Positions 1 through 10,224 of a stretch of DNA of 64,000 nucleotides are shown here, one piece after another. The notes below the pieces were generated by a model that was not told the DNA's origin, ran no database searches, and worked only from the letters and a program-made list of their open reading frames with translations. A program made the translations under genes and the position numbers. Within the stretch, counting starts at the first letter, position 1; each line of letters begins with the position of its first letter. This DNA is from Tubiluchus corallicola (taxonomy: Eukaryota; Animalia; Priapulida), in the NCBI GenBank assembly GCA_030141605.1, contig JAQGDQ010002402.1, positions 1 to 64,000 on the forward strand. Reading direction: 5' to 3'.

Positions 1-14
1 AGTTTTAAAAAAAG

Positions 15-560
15 TTAGGAGCAATCGAAATTCTCTGGATGTTTAGCCGTAACATTTTTATAGTATGAACGTATTTTTTTCATATCTTTCTCTATGTCTC
101 CGGTAGGGTGAAAAGTGTCGAAGAAACCTATATATTTCTTTTTATAATCTACAAAGCCTATGGCTATAGGTACTTTTGCTTTCATTGCTATATGGTAAAA
201 ACCTCGTTTCCATTTGTTAGTTTTTTTGCGTGTGCCTTCTGGGGTAATTACAAGATGAAAAAGTTCTCTCTTATTAAATTCTTCTACAACATTATTTACA
301 AGGTTCTTAGGATTTTTCCTATCTACAGGTATTCCTCCCATCTTTTTTAAAAAGAAAGCAATAGGAAAGAAAAAAAATTCTTTTTTTATAAGAAAACTAC
401 ATTTGGCATTAATGGAAGTGTAGTAAAGACGTCCCCATAAAAAATCCCAACTACTAGTATGAGGTGCTGCTAACAGTATATATTTCTTACCTTGTGGTGG
501 TATAGGGTCTCCTTTCCATCCTACAAGTTTAAATATAATTTTGGCGATAAACTGTATCAT
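15..560 (-). CDS. 1-acyl-sn-glycerol-3-phosphate acyltransferase (PlsC family)
   Basis: Acyltransferase motifs PHTSSWD (HX4D) and ITPEGTR. Confidence 0.85.
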   Translation of the reverse strand: MIQFIAKIIFKLVGWKGDPIPPQGKKYILLAAPHTSSWDFLWGRLYYTSINAKCSFLIKKEFFFFPIAFFLKKMGGIPVDRKNPKNLVNNVVEEFNKRELFHLVITPEGTRKKTNKWKRGFYHIAMKAKVPIAIGFVDYKKKYIGFFDTFHPTGDIEKDMKKIRSYYKNVTAKHPENFDCS

Positions 561-567
561 TCTCTTA

Positions 568-1293
568 CTATCTTAACTGAAAGTAATAAGTAATATACCC
601 CACCTGCTTATTAGGTGCTTGGAGGTTAGCATTAAACTTAGCTTTTTGTGCAGCTTGTTCAGCAGCTTGCCATAACTGATTATTGGTCGTGGTTGTTCCT
701 CTTTTCCCAGCTATGGTATGAATAACCTTACCTTGGTTATCTACGTGTATTTCCACTACTACTTTTCCCTCCTCATTGGGCGTATACATAGGTTTGGGTA
801 GTTGCTTGGCTATTCTTCCATCCAACGAATAAGATATTCCCTGTGAGAATGCACCTGCTCCCATTTGATTAGAACTGCCTTGTCCATTTGTTTCTATGTT
901 GTTCTGGCTATTAGCAGATTCTTTTAGTGCATTTTCTATCAAGTTATGTGTTTGTTGTTGTTTTTTCTTTTGTCGTTCTCTTTCACGTTTTTCTTCTTGT
1001 TGTCTCTTTTTTTCTTCTTGTTGCTGTTTTTTAAGCTCTTCCATATAAGGCGTTTCTTCGTCGGGCTGTGTAAGGTATTCTTGTTTTGCCTGATTCTGTG
1101 AGGCGCTAGCAGATGGCGTACTGGAACTGGCAGAAGGAGTATTTGTTATTCCAAAATCCATTAATATTCCTTCTTCTTCGGGCAATGGCAGTTGTGTTTT
1201 AAATCCTAACAATATAAGTAATACAAATAATCCAATGTGCAACAATATAGCCCCTGTTATTGCTATTCTTTTGTATTTTATAGGATTATTCAT
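568..1293 (-). CDS. TonB/TolA-like energy transducer
   Basis: N-terminal TM helix with His, Q/E/K-rich linker, C-terminal TonB-like domain (EEGKVVVEIHVDNQGKV); downstream of exbB/exbD. Confidence 0.8.
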   Translation of the reverse strand: MNNPIKYKRIAITGAILLHIGLFVLLILLGFKTQLPLPEEEGILMDFGITNTPSASSSTPSASASQNQAKQEYLTQPDEETPYMEELKKQQQEEKKRQQEEKRERERQKKKQQQTHNLIENALKESANSQNNIETNGQGSSNQMGAGAFSQGISYSLDGRIAKQLPKPMYTPNEEGKVVVEIHVDNQGKVIHTIAGKRGTTTTNNQLWQAAEQAAQKAKFNANLQAPNKQVGYITYYFQLR

Positions 1294-1296
1294 CTA

Positions 1297-1692
1297 TTAT
1301 TTAGGACTAGTTGCTAGTATTATTTTAAAATTGTTACGCTTGGCAATATTCATTATTTTTACTATTTCTTCTAATGGTAGCCGCTTATCTGCGTGGATAG
1401 AGATATATGTATTAGGCTCATTATTAAGTCTTTTTTTCAATTCTGTTTCTATATTTTGAAAAGAAACTTGCAAGGTTTTATTAATATAGTATTTTTTATC
1501 GTAAGTAATTGAAAGCGTTATAATAGGTTTTGCTGATGTTTGATTTCTACTTTGTGGCAAGTTGAGTTTAAGTGCATTGGGATGTATCAATGTAGAGGTT
1601 ACCATAAAAAATATGAGTAATAAGAATACAATGTCTGTCATAGACGACATACTGAAACTATCGTTTATTTTGTTTCTTGTTTTAAGTGCCAT
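1297..1692 (-). CDS. exbD: Biopolymer transporter ExbD/TolR
   Basis: SSMTDIVFLLLIFFMVTS signature. Confidence 0.9.
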   Translation of the reverse strand: MALKTRNKINDSFSMSSMTDIVFLLLIFFMVTSTLIHPNALKLNLPQSRNQTSAKPIITLSITYDKKYYINKTLQVSFQNIETELKKRLNNEPNTYISIHADKRLPLEEIVKIMNIAKRNNFKIILATSPK

Positions 1693-1708
1693 TGTATTTA
1701 GATATTAT

Positions 1709-2413
1709 TTATTGTTTAGCAGGTTCATATAACAAATCCATAAATTCAGAAGTACTAGCTTGCATTGTGCGAACTACCTTTTCTATTTTAGCAACAAGTG
1801 TGTTATATGCAAAGTGAGTGAGAATTCCTATGATAAGTCCTGCAACAGTAGTTACCATTGCTGTATATATTCCGTTCGAAAGTAATGAAACATCTATGTT
1901 GTTTCCTGCTTTCGACATATCGTAGAAGGCAATTATCATACCTATTACAGTTCCAAGGAAACCTATCATTGGAGCTGCTCCTGATATGGTAGCAAGCGTA
2001 GGTAGTTTTGTTTCTAACTTTGATATTTCTAAGTTACCTACATTTTCTATTGCAGCATTAATATCGTTGAGAGGCCTTCCTATTCGTGTTATTCCTTTTT
2101 CTATCATTATTGATATTGGGTTTTGTGTGGTTGCACAAAATGCTATGGCTTGGTCTATATTACCTTGTTGTATATACTGCTTTATTTGGTTCATAAACAA
2201 AGTATTGTTCTTTAATGAAATTTGCCGTATAGTGTAGTACCTTTCTATAAAAATATATACGGCAATGACAGATAATAGTAGTAGTGGTATCATTATCCAT
2301 CCACCTTTAAGAGCAAGTTCAAAAAAGGATAATGTTAGTTCCTCTGTTTGTTCTCCTTCTGGAACTTGTATTGATGAGAGGTCATTAGGTATTTGCAGTA
2401 ATATCTGTTTCAT
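1709..2413 (-). CDS. exbB: MotA/TolQ/ExbB proton channel protein
   Basis: APMIGFLGTVIGMI and GIYTAMVTTVAGL motifs; ATG at 2413 preferred because the longer ORF overlaps the ychF stop. Confidence 0.88.
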   Translation of the reverse strand: MKQILLQIPNDLSSIQVPEGEQTEELTLSFFELALKGGWIMIPLLLLSVIAVYIFIERYYTIRQISLKNNTLFMNQIKQYIQQGNIDQAIAFCATTQNPISIMIEKGITRIGRPLNDINAAIENVGNLEISKLETKLPTLATISGAAPMIGFLGTVIGMIIAFYDMSKAGNNIDVSLLSNGIYTAMVTTVAGLIIGILTHFAYNTLVAKIEKVVRTMQASTSEFMDLLYEPAKQ

Positions 2414-2463
2414 TATTTTACTTATTTTTTTAATTATAAAATTATGTAGTTCATATTTTTGCG

Positions 2464-3570
2464 TCAAACATTAAATTTAAAGTGCATAACATCTCCATCT
2501 TGCACGACGTATTCTTTGCCTTCCATATTTATCTTTCCTGCTTCTCTGCAAGCAACTTCCGACCCAAGTGCGATATAATCTTTATATTTTATAACATCGG
2601 CTTTAATAAATCCTCTCTCAAAATCAGTATGTATAACTCCTGCTGCTTGTGGTGCTTTCATCCCTTTGGTAAAAGTCCAAGCTCTTACCTCTTTTTCTCC
2701 TGCTGTAAAATATGTTTGTAGGTTAAGTAGTTTATAAGCTGCTTTTATTAGTTGTGCTACTCCTGACTCTTTTATTCCAAGGTCATCAAGAAACATTTTT
2801 CGTTCTTCATAAGTCTCAAGTTCAGCAATTTCTGCTTCTATTTTTACTGCCACCTGTAGCAGCTGGGCATCTTCGCTTTTAATAGATTTTTTTAGTGCTT
2901 CTACGTATTGATTGTTATTATTTATTGATGCTTCATCTACATTGCAGAGATAAAGTATGGGCTTATTAGTAAGCAAATGGAGGTGAAGGCTCTGGGCTAT
3001 CTCTTGTTCTTCTTTATTCAGTTCTACCGTTCTAGCTGATTTTCCTTGCTCTAAGGTTTGCTGATACTTTTGAAGGATTTGAATTGTTTTTTCAACGGTT
3101 TTATCTTTTCCTGCTTTGTTCTTTTTTTGATGTTTTTGTAGTTGGTTTTCTATGGTCTCTAAGTCTTTTAGTTGTAGTTCAGTATCTATTATTTCTTTAT
3201 CCCTCACAGGGTCAATAGTAGTGTCTATATGTGTTACATTGGAGTCGTCAAAGCACCTCAATACGTGTATTATAGCATCTGTTTCCCTTATGTTGGCAAG
3301 AAATTTGTTTCCTAAGCCTTCTCCCTTGCTTGCTCCTCTTACAAGTCCTGCAATATCTACTATTTCTATAGTGGTAGGAACTACTTTTTGTGGATTAACT
3401 ATTTCTTGTAGTTTTAAGAGGCGCTCATCTGGCACAGTTATTGTGCCTACGTTGGGTTCTATAGTGCAAAAAGGAAAATTAGCTGCCTGTGCCTTCGCAT
3501 TTGATAAACTATTGAACAATGTTGATTTTCCTACATTAGGTAGTCCTACGATTCCACATTGTAGTGCCAT
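2464..3570 (-). CDS. ychF: Redox-regulated ATPase YchF
   Basis: [33 protein letters not shown]-terminal TGS ([15 protein letters not shown]). Confidence 0.97.
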   Translation of the reverse strand: MALQCGIVGLPNVGKSTLFNSLSNAKAQAANFPFCTIEPNVGTITVPDERLLKLQEIVNPQKVVPTTIEIVDIAGLVRGASKGEGLGNKFLANIRETDAIIHVLRCFDDSNVTHIDTTIDPVRDKEIIDTELQLKDLETIENQLQKHQKKNKAGKDKTVEKTIQILQKYQQTLEQGKSARTVELNKEEQEIAQSLHLHLLTNKPILYLCNVDEASINNNNQYVEALKKSIKSEDAQLLQVAVKIEAEIAELETYEERKMFLDDLGIKESGVAQLIKAAYKLLNLQTYFTAGEKEVRAWTFTKGMKAPQAAGVIHTDFERGFIKADVIKYKDYIALGSEVACREAGKINMEGKEYVVQDGDVMHFKFNV

Positions 3571-3584
3571 TTTCTATTATTCCG

Positions 3585-4415
3585 TTATTTTATAATGTTA
3601 TCTCTAATTTGTGTTATCGTAGCTATTAGATTATTTATATTTTTTTGATTAGGTGTTACTTTATCATATTCTTTTTTAATTTTTTGCAGGTCAGCATATA
3701 TTTCTTTTATATTGTGGTCGTCTTTTTTATGTTCAATTAAAGCTATTAGTTTTTCTGAGTTTTCCTTTTGTTTGATAATTATTTCTATTACCTCAGTGTT
3801 ATCTACCACCGACATAGAAATATTAGTAGCAATATACAGTGCCTCTATCCAAGCTCCAGCTACTGTAAGGTAAGCAAGATCTGTTTTTTCCCTTTGATTG
3901 AAAAAGTCGTACGAATCGTAAAATAACTGAGTTACTAATACTACCAATGTTTCTTTTGTTTCTATACTTTCCTCTATTTTTGAGAGGTAGTCTCCTTGTA
4001 GTATTGCAGACATATTAAGTTTTTCTGTCAATTTTTTTGAAGCTTCTAAGTATTTTGTTATTTCTTGTTTTTTGTGGTAAGTAGTTGCATAACTTAGGTC
4101 AGCTGCATACACCCCCAAGTTTAAAGCTTGTTTTTTTGCTGTAATATATTTATCTATATTCTCCGTAGAATTCAAAATAGAAAAAATGTAGCCTGCACCT
4201 ATTCTATTCAACATTTCTGTTACTTCAAAACTTGTGGGAATTGGGTAGGCAAATTCTTTTACTTTATCCTTTATATTTTCCTTTTTCACAATTGGTTTTT
4301 CACCTTCTTGTGTAGTTGAATTATTTTTTTTTGTATTATCTTGGCATGTACAGTTACTAAGTATTGCCGTTACCGCTAATAATAAAAATAATTTCATTGA
4401 AATATTATTTGTCAT
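3585..4415 (-). CDS. Hypothetical lipoprotein
   Basis: Hydrophobic signal followed by Cys; helical domain with [13 protein letters not shown]. Function not assignable. Confidence 0.65.
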   Translation of the reverse strand: MTNNISMKLFLLLAVTAILSNCTCQDNTKKNNSTTQEGEKPIVKKENIKDKVKEFAYPIPTSFEVTEMLNRIGAGYIFSILNSTENIDKYITAKKQALNLGVYAADLSYATTYHKKQEITKYLEASKKLTEKLNMSAILQGDYLSKIEESIETKETLVVLVTQLFYDSYDFFNQREKTDLAYLTVAGAWIEALYIATNISMSVVDNTEVIEIIIKQKENSEKLIALIEHKKDDHNIKEIYADLQKIKKEYDKVTPNQKNINNLIATITQIRDNIIK

Positions 4416-4696
4416 AATTTAATATTTTAAATTTATAGCATAAGAACGCCATTTATATTAATTATCTTCTTTTTTTGATTGTTACAAAGGTAATAACTTT
4501 AATTATAATTTTCTAATGTTTGAAATATTTTTTAGACAATTATATACAATAATACTCAAAAACTTATTTTAGTGCAAATAATACATTATTTCTTTCGTAA
4601 TTAACATAAAGACGGGCATACATTCAAGGAAAAAAAAGATTTTAAACCAATTAAAAACGACACAAAAAAAGCTGTTGTCATAGCTTATAGTTGCTC

Positions 4697-4825
4697 AAAA
4701 ACACACAAAAAAGGCTTTAAAAACTATGTTTTTCTATAAATACTTATATATCAAAACTTATGTTTTTTCGTAATATAAAAACAAAAAGGATGTAGAAAAA
4801 ATATGTACATTTCGTTTTGCGGATT
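4697..4825. repeat. Dispersed intergenic repeat, copy 1 (family also at 37735-37867, 45579-45679, 49194-49296)
   Basis: Shared core CAAAAAGGATGTAGAAAAAATATGTACATTTCGTTTTGCGG; aligns by eye with 37735-37864 over about 130 bp. Confidence 0.75.
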
Positions 4826-5524
4826 CACTCTTGCCTAGCCACAGGCCAAGAACCTCTTTCTTACCATCTCTGCGAAGTCCTACGGCAATGTAAACAGTTT
4901 TATTGATGACTTTGGAGTTCTCACGTACTTTGAATACAATACCATCCAGCCAAATGATTAAATAAACCGTTTCCAGAGGACGGTTTTGCCAGACTACAAT
5001 ATCATTGGTAACGGCATCGATAATCCTTGATATGGCAGATGTAGAAACTTCAAAGCCATAAAGTTCGCGAATTTGCTCTTCAATATCGCTATTGCTCATC
5101 CCTTTGGCGTAAAACGAAACAATGATGTTTTCTAATCCATCGACCATATTACCTCTCTTGGAAACAATCATAGGGTTAAACGAAGCATCACGGTCTCGGG
5201 GAACCTGGATATGTGATTCGCCCAGTGTGGTACGAACTTTCTTTTCGGTATAGCCATTTCAAGAGTTTTGATTATCCGATTTTTGGTTCTTACCATAGCC
5301 CAAATGACCATAAAGCTCTCCTTCCAACATCTTTTCTATGCCTCGCTTCTGAAGGTCTTTTAAAAAATCGCTGAGCTCTTCTCCTGATTTAAATTAGCCC
5401 AGAAAATCATCATTTAATAAATCTTCTTTTTTCATTGCTGTATAAAGTTTTTAAAACTAAACAAAGTAATACCGGGGGTTGCAACCCCCGGTATTTTAAA
5501 CTTACACAGTTTATAAGATAGTGC
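4826..5524 (-). mobile_element. Truncated, inactivated IS256-family insertion sequence
   Basis: Transposase frame from ATG 5435 (MKKEDLLNDDFL...VPRDRDASFNP...YAKGMS..DI...WQNRPL...WLDGIVFKVR...G.KEVLGLW) with in-frame TAA (codon 14) and TGA stops. Only the N-terminal ~200 aa remain. Candidate terminal repeat CTTACACAGTTTATAAGATAGTGC at 5501-5524. Confidence 0.88.
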
Positions 5525-5852
5525 TTACTTTTGCGAATTAGTGCTATTTTATTCTGAAAAAAGATGAAAAAATAGTAAAAAGTTAAACTTTTTACCTAAA
5601 AATGACCTTCAAATTAAAGTTTTCAACCCTTTTTAGCCTCTAAAACTGCCTAAAATTAAACTGAAATTAAACCAAAATTAAACTTGTGAAAGCATAATTA
5701 GTTGTGTAAGAGACAACAAAAGTTGTATGAAAAATAACAAAAATTGAAGTGTAAATTTATATGTAATTGCCTAATTTAATTAACTGCAAATAAAGTAAAG
5801 CAGATGATTTTGCCCTGCTATTAAGCACTGTTTCAATACTAATGGTCGGATA

Positions 5853-6563
5853 TTATTGTTGTTCTATCCTTTTAATACACCTTACAGAAAAACCATTCTG
5901 CTTATCCGAAGCAATATGAAGAATAGTAGCCCCACTTGCTCCATCCACATTGGTTCGTAATTTATCTTCTGTCATTGTAGAAGCTCCACTATGAGCATCT
6001 ATCACAATATGCCACGCTGTATATTCATCATTCTGAGTAGCGCTCCAAAATGAAGAACTCTTACCCATAGCATAAAAATTGCCTCCATAATAACTAAACC
6101 CTGACAATACTTGATTAAATATTTTGTAAAACTCTACAAAAGGTTCAATTTGCATTTTGCTTGTATTGAAAAACTCATTGGTACTATCCTCTAAAAAAAT
6201 TCCACTTACTGCCTCGAATAAATCAGCCAATCTTTATCAGCAGGTATCTCCCATCCCTCAGGACATATATCCTTAGCCTTTTGGTAATTCAATGCAAGTA
6301 TATAAACCTCCGAGCGCCTTCTCATACTTAGGATTATTGTTCATTACATATTTTTCAGGTATATTGTTATCTGCTTGCACTGTATCGCTCCTTAACATAT
6401 CACCATAATTAAGGTTAGAAACCATCCACCACATATTACTTATTTTTACTATCGCATACTCCTGTCCATCTCTTTCATCAGTCATTGTGCTAATCTCAAA
6501 AGATTGAGCAAATATATGACTACAAAACAAAAATAATATTTTGAAAACCAAGTATTTTAACAT
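5853..6563 (-). pseudogene. Frameshifted Fibrobacter succinogenes major paralogous (FISUMP) domain protein
   Basis: 5' ORF has signal peptide, DERDGQEY..VKI..WWM..NLNY and GGLYT. A bridging frame around 6220-6272 reads DICPEGWEIPADKDW. The 3' ORF ends FWSAT...GFSVRCIK. Three reading frames are needed. Confidence 0.75.
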
Positions 6564-6667
6564 TAATGCAGCTTATGATAAATATCTACTATTCTACAAC
6601 AAATATAGAGTAAGTTCGTAAATAAGAAAATAAGGATTTCTAACCTACATACCTTTTCATTATAAAT

Positions 6668-6697
6668 AAAAGCCCTACAAATAATTGTAGGGCTTTT
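6668..6697. terminator. Intrinsic terminator of the uronate operon
   Basis: AAAAGCCCTACAA-ATAA-TTGTAGGGCTTTT hairpin immediately after the exuT stop. Confidence 0.85.
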
Positions 6698-6704
6698 TAT
6701 ATTC

Positions 6705-8243
6705 TTACTGCTCTATAGGTTTCAAGTCATCTCCTAATGGAGTGAGTTTTGGCATCATCAAATGTATAATTCCTAAAATGATTAAATACATACTTCCTGC
6801 TATAAAGAAAGCCCAAAAATAGCCCATATCACCGCTATTGTCTAGCACTTTTCCTAAGCCCCAGTCTGCAGTCATACCCGCCAATGCACCCATCATACCC
6901 CCAATACCTACTACTGATGCAGTTGCTTTTTTAGGCAGTACATCGGAGGCAAGAGTAAATAAGTTGGCTGACCACGCTTGATGTCCTCCTGCTGCTATGG
7001 CTATCAGTATTACAGCCATCCAATACCATTTATTCATTCTTGCATGGTCATAAACATCAAATTTAAATGCGTTGTACACTGCTAGTTGCTCCTTACTCAC
7101 ATTTTCTTTTGGAAGACCAAAAGCTGCTTTCAACTCAGTGTCAAAGTCCTTAGCATAATGGTACTCCTTTCCTTCTAAATGTTTAATTAAGTCTATCTCT
7201 TTTTGCGAATACCCATCCTCTTCCATCTTCTCGTAGGTTTTGTTTGTAATTTTAAAACCAGACTCAATCACAGTAGAAAACATTACAGGAATAATAAACA
7301 ATGCACAGATAAGTAAAGTTACTTTCCTAGCTTTATTGATGCTCCACCCCTTCTCAACGAAGAACTTGGACAACCAACCACCTGCAATACTACCTACATC
7401 TGCTATTACATATATAGTAATAAGGGGCAGTGCAATGTCTTTGATGTTTAAACCAAACTTATCTGCCAAGAAAAATGCTCCCCAAAACAAGTAAAACCAC
7501 CATACTGCATCCGTCAGCTTACCAATGGCAAAAGCCCAAGTTTGTTTCAAGGGAAATACCTTCTTCCAAGGTAGTTTCTCTGTAGTTTCTACTACCGAAT
7601 CGCTTTGTATATAGGCCAATTCTTCTTTGGATAGCTTTGGGTGTTCTTCGGGTCGCTTATAAGTTTTCAACCACAATACCACCCAAATAGCACTAAATAT
7701 ACCTGTAAGAAGGAATGCCCACTGCCAGTTAGCACCTGTTTCCGCTACAACTATCAAGGGTATAATAAGTGGAGCCAAAATAGCCCCTACGTTTGAACCT
7801 GCATTGAAGATACCTGTAGCAAAAGCGCGGTCTTTTTTGGGAAACCACTCTGCAGCCGTTTTAACCGCAGCAGGAAAGTTACCTGCTTCTCCTAAGCCCA
7901 GTCCAAAGCGTGCAAAAATAAACCCGATAAGTCCAAAAGCAGGCCGCACAGCAGCGTGAAGCATACCAAAAATACTCCATATAGCAATTGAAAGTGTATA
8001 ACCTATCCTTGTCCCAAACCTATCTATCACTCCCCCCATCGTAAGCATACCAATAGCATAAGCAAGCTTAAAGGCTATATTAATATTGGCATAATCCTTA
8101 TTATCCCAGTCAAAAACAGTATCCCTAAGAGTAGGACCAATAACTCCCAAAATACTTCTATCCATATAGTTGATAGTTGTTGCTACAAAAAGCAACGCCA
8201 GTATCCTGTACCGATAAGTTCCTATTTTATTTTTTTTACCCAT
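6705..8243 (-). CDS. exuT: MFS hexuronate transporter (ExuT-like)
   Basis: ATTINYMDR, ARFGLGLGEAGNFPAA..AEWFPKKDRA.ATGIFNAGSNVGA, AWSANLFTL; uronate operon context. Confidence 0.85.
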   Translation of the reverse strand: MGKKNKIGTYRYRILALLFVATTINYMDRSILGVIGPTLRDTVFDWDNKDYANINIAFKLAYAIGMLTMGGVIDRFGTRIGYTLSIAIWSIFGMLHAAVRPAFGLIGFIFARFGLGLGEAGNFPAAVKTAAEWFPKKDRAFATGIFNAGSNVGAILAPLIIPLIVVAETGANWQWAFLLTGIFSAIWVVLWLKTYKRPEEHPKLSKEELAYIQSDSVVETTEKLPWKKVFPLKQTWAFAIGKLTDAVWWFYLFWGAFFLADKFGLNIKDIALPLITIYVIADVGSIAGGWLSKFFVEKGWSINKARKVTLLICALFIIPVMFSTVIESGFKITNKTYEKMEEDGYSQKEIDLIKHLEGKEYHYAKDFDTELKAAFGLPKENVSKEQLAVYNAFKFDVYDHARMNKWYWMAVILIAIAAGGHQAWSANLFTLASDVLPKKATASVVGIGGMMGALAGMTADWGLGKVLDNSGDMGYFWAFFIAGSMYLIILGIIHLMMPKLTPLGDDLKPIEQ

Positions 8244-8282
8244 AATTTTATTATACTTAATTTTAGATAGCAAAAACTTTTT

Positions 8283-8954
8283 TTATTTTCTCACCTCTTT
8301 TATTATTTTCAACGCCTCTTTTACTTTAGCTGTCAGTTTGCTATATTCATTATTAGCAATTACTTTTTTATCTATTAATTGAGACCCCATACCTACGCAA
8401 GTAACGCCTGCCTCAAACCATTGTTGCAAGTTTTCTTTTGTTGGTGCTACCCCTCCTGTAGGCATTATGCTTGTCCAAGAAAATGGTGCCTTCACAGCTT
8501 TAACAAATCCCGGTCCTCCTACTTGCGACCCAGGAAATATTTTTACTATTTCTGCTCCCAGTTCTTCTGCATAAGATATTTCGCTTAACGAACCACAGCC
8601 CGGCGACCACAATATTTTTCTTCTATTACACGTCTTTGCCATATCTGGATTGAGAATAGGAGACACTATAAAACCGGTTCCTAATTGTATATAAAGCGAC
8701 GTAGTACCTGCATCTACCACAGAACCTACACCTATTATCATTTCGGGTAGCTCTTTGGCTGCATACTTATTGATTTCTGCAAATACCTCGTGGGCAAAAT
8801 CACCTCTATTGGTAAATTCAAATACCCTTGCACCTCCCTCGTAGCAGGCTTTTAATACCTTTTTGCATATTTCTACATCAGGATTGTAAAATACGGGTAT
8901 CATTCCCGTTTCCTTCATCTTAACAGCAACTTCTATTCTTGTAAATCTACTCAT
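8283..8954 (-). CDS. eda: KHG/KDPG aldolase
   Basis: FEFTNRG, IVKIFPG, IMPTGGV, CVGMGS motifs. Confidence 0.92.
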   Translation of the reverse strand: MSRFTRIEVAVKMKETGMIPVFYNPDVEICKKVLKACYEGGARVFEFTNRGDFAHEVFAEINKYAAKELPEMIIGVGSVVDAGTTSLYIQLGTGFIVSPILNPDMAKTCNRRKILWSPGCGSLSEISYAEELGAEIVKIFPGSQVGGPGFVKAVKAPFSWTSIMPTGGVAPTKENLQQWFEAGVTCVGMGSQLIDKKVIANNEYSKLTAKVKEALKIIKEVRK

Positions 8955-8957
8955 CGT

Positions 8958-10193
8958 TTATTTTATTAATATTAAATTAGAAAATTTAATTAACTCTTGT
9001 TTTACATAAGTTTCAAACCCCTCTTGTGTTTTGAACTTATCTGCTGATAGTTCCCAACCAGCAAAAAATTTAAATGATACAGGTTCGTTGGGAGTGGACT
9101 TTAGTTTTACATAATAAGTCTCTTCTATACTACTTTCTGGGGATGTTTTGCCAACCTCACCTGTTTTTATCAAATCTGTATTTTTGAAAGCTACTGCCAT
9201 CCCAAGGTTATCGTTGTTATCGCTTTGCTTGTCATAAGTGCATATGGCACTGAATTTGTTTTCCTTTACATTTGTCATTTCTTCCGAATACTTGTTGACA
9301 ATTCCTGTAACAAGATTATTAACATCCTCGCCCTTTAAGGTTACAGTGCTTTTATACCAATATTTACCAGCCCAAATAGTTATTCTTTCTACTACATTAT
9401 AAACCTTTCCATTAACTTGAAAACCATTATATTGCATTTCGAAGATACTTCTTACAGGCCCTTCAACAATCACCTCAAAACATTGATTCTTCACATTTCT
9501 CACCGCATAAATTTCACCATTGTCTTCTATAGCAATAGCCCCTGCTCCAAGCGATTTTCCAACTTTGAGAATGTCCATTCCCCAATCTTTCAAACTGTGA
9601 TAGTGCCTATTAAACGTACCAAGTATCATATCGTCCGTACGTTTCCCGAATATATCTTTTCCATTCCTCTCATCAAAATACAATCTAAATGCTACCTTAT
9701 CGTTTTCCCACCCTGGACCTTCGAACTGATAGATACGAGGCGAAGCACCTCCCTTGTGATCTGTCTCCATACACAGCCTATCTGTTTGGTCTTTAAACTT
9801 CTCCTTTTTAGTGGGGTCGTAACCAAGCCTAATATTTGTTCGCGTTTCAAATTTAGGTTGGTCTTTTTCATCCATCAATTTCACAGTCAGTTTTCGGCTT
9901 CCTTTTGCTTTTATATTCAAAATAAGAGCTACTTGCTCCCACTTTCCATCTTTGTTCGTATCTTCCAATTGATAAGGAATATTCTCCCCCATTTGGCAAA
10001 CGAAAAAAGGCACTTTACCTTCGGGTATCTTACCTACTTTATCTTCTATCTGCTTTTTGGAGAGAACAATGGGTTCATCTATCCTTCTTATATCGGTATC
10101 GTTTTCAAAAGTTATCACAGCTTCCTCCTTGCAATGAGAACAAGCTGACACCAACAATATCAACACTGCTCCTAATAGACTTAGTTTTTTCAT
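8958..10193 (-). CDS. DUF4861-like lipoprotein (uronate/pectin locus)
   Basis: Lipobox VSAC; EGPGWENDKVAFRLY, DIFGK, WGMDILKVGKSLGAG. Confidence 0.75.
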   Translation of the reverse strand: MKKLSLLGAVLILLVSACSHCKEEAVITFENDTDIRRIDEPIVLSKKQIEDKVGKIPEGKVPFFVCQMGENIPYQLEDTNKDGKWEQVALILNIKAKGSRKLTVKLMDEKDQPKFETRTNIRLGYDPTKKEKFKDQTDRLCMETDHKGGASPRIYQFEGPGWENDKVAFRLYFDERNGKDIFGKRTDDMILGTFNRHYHSLKDWGMDILKVGKSLGAGAIAIEDNGEIYAVRNVKNQCFEVIVEGPVRSIFEMQYNGFQVNGKVYNVVERITIWAGKYWYKSTVTLKGEDVNNLVTGIVNKYSEEMTNVKENKFSAICTYDKQSDNNDNLGMAVAFKNTDLIKTGEVGKTSPESSIEETYYVKLKSTPNEPVSFKFFAGWELSADKFKTQEGFETYVKQELIKFSNLILIK

Positions 10194-10224
10194 TTTATAT
10201 TTAAATATCATTGAAATTAATTTG

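Noticed and set aside
4599-4626. Possible dif site (TTATGTTAATT on the minus strand)
   Set aside because: Only a XerD-like arm is present; there is no XerC-like arm at 6-bp spacing.
9417-10148. 243-aa plus-strand ORF and the many other short antisense ORFs in the track
   Set aside because: They overlap well-supported genes on the opposite strand and show no recognisable motifs.
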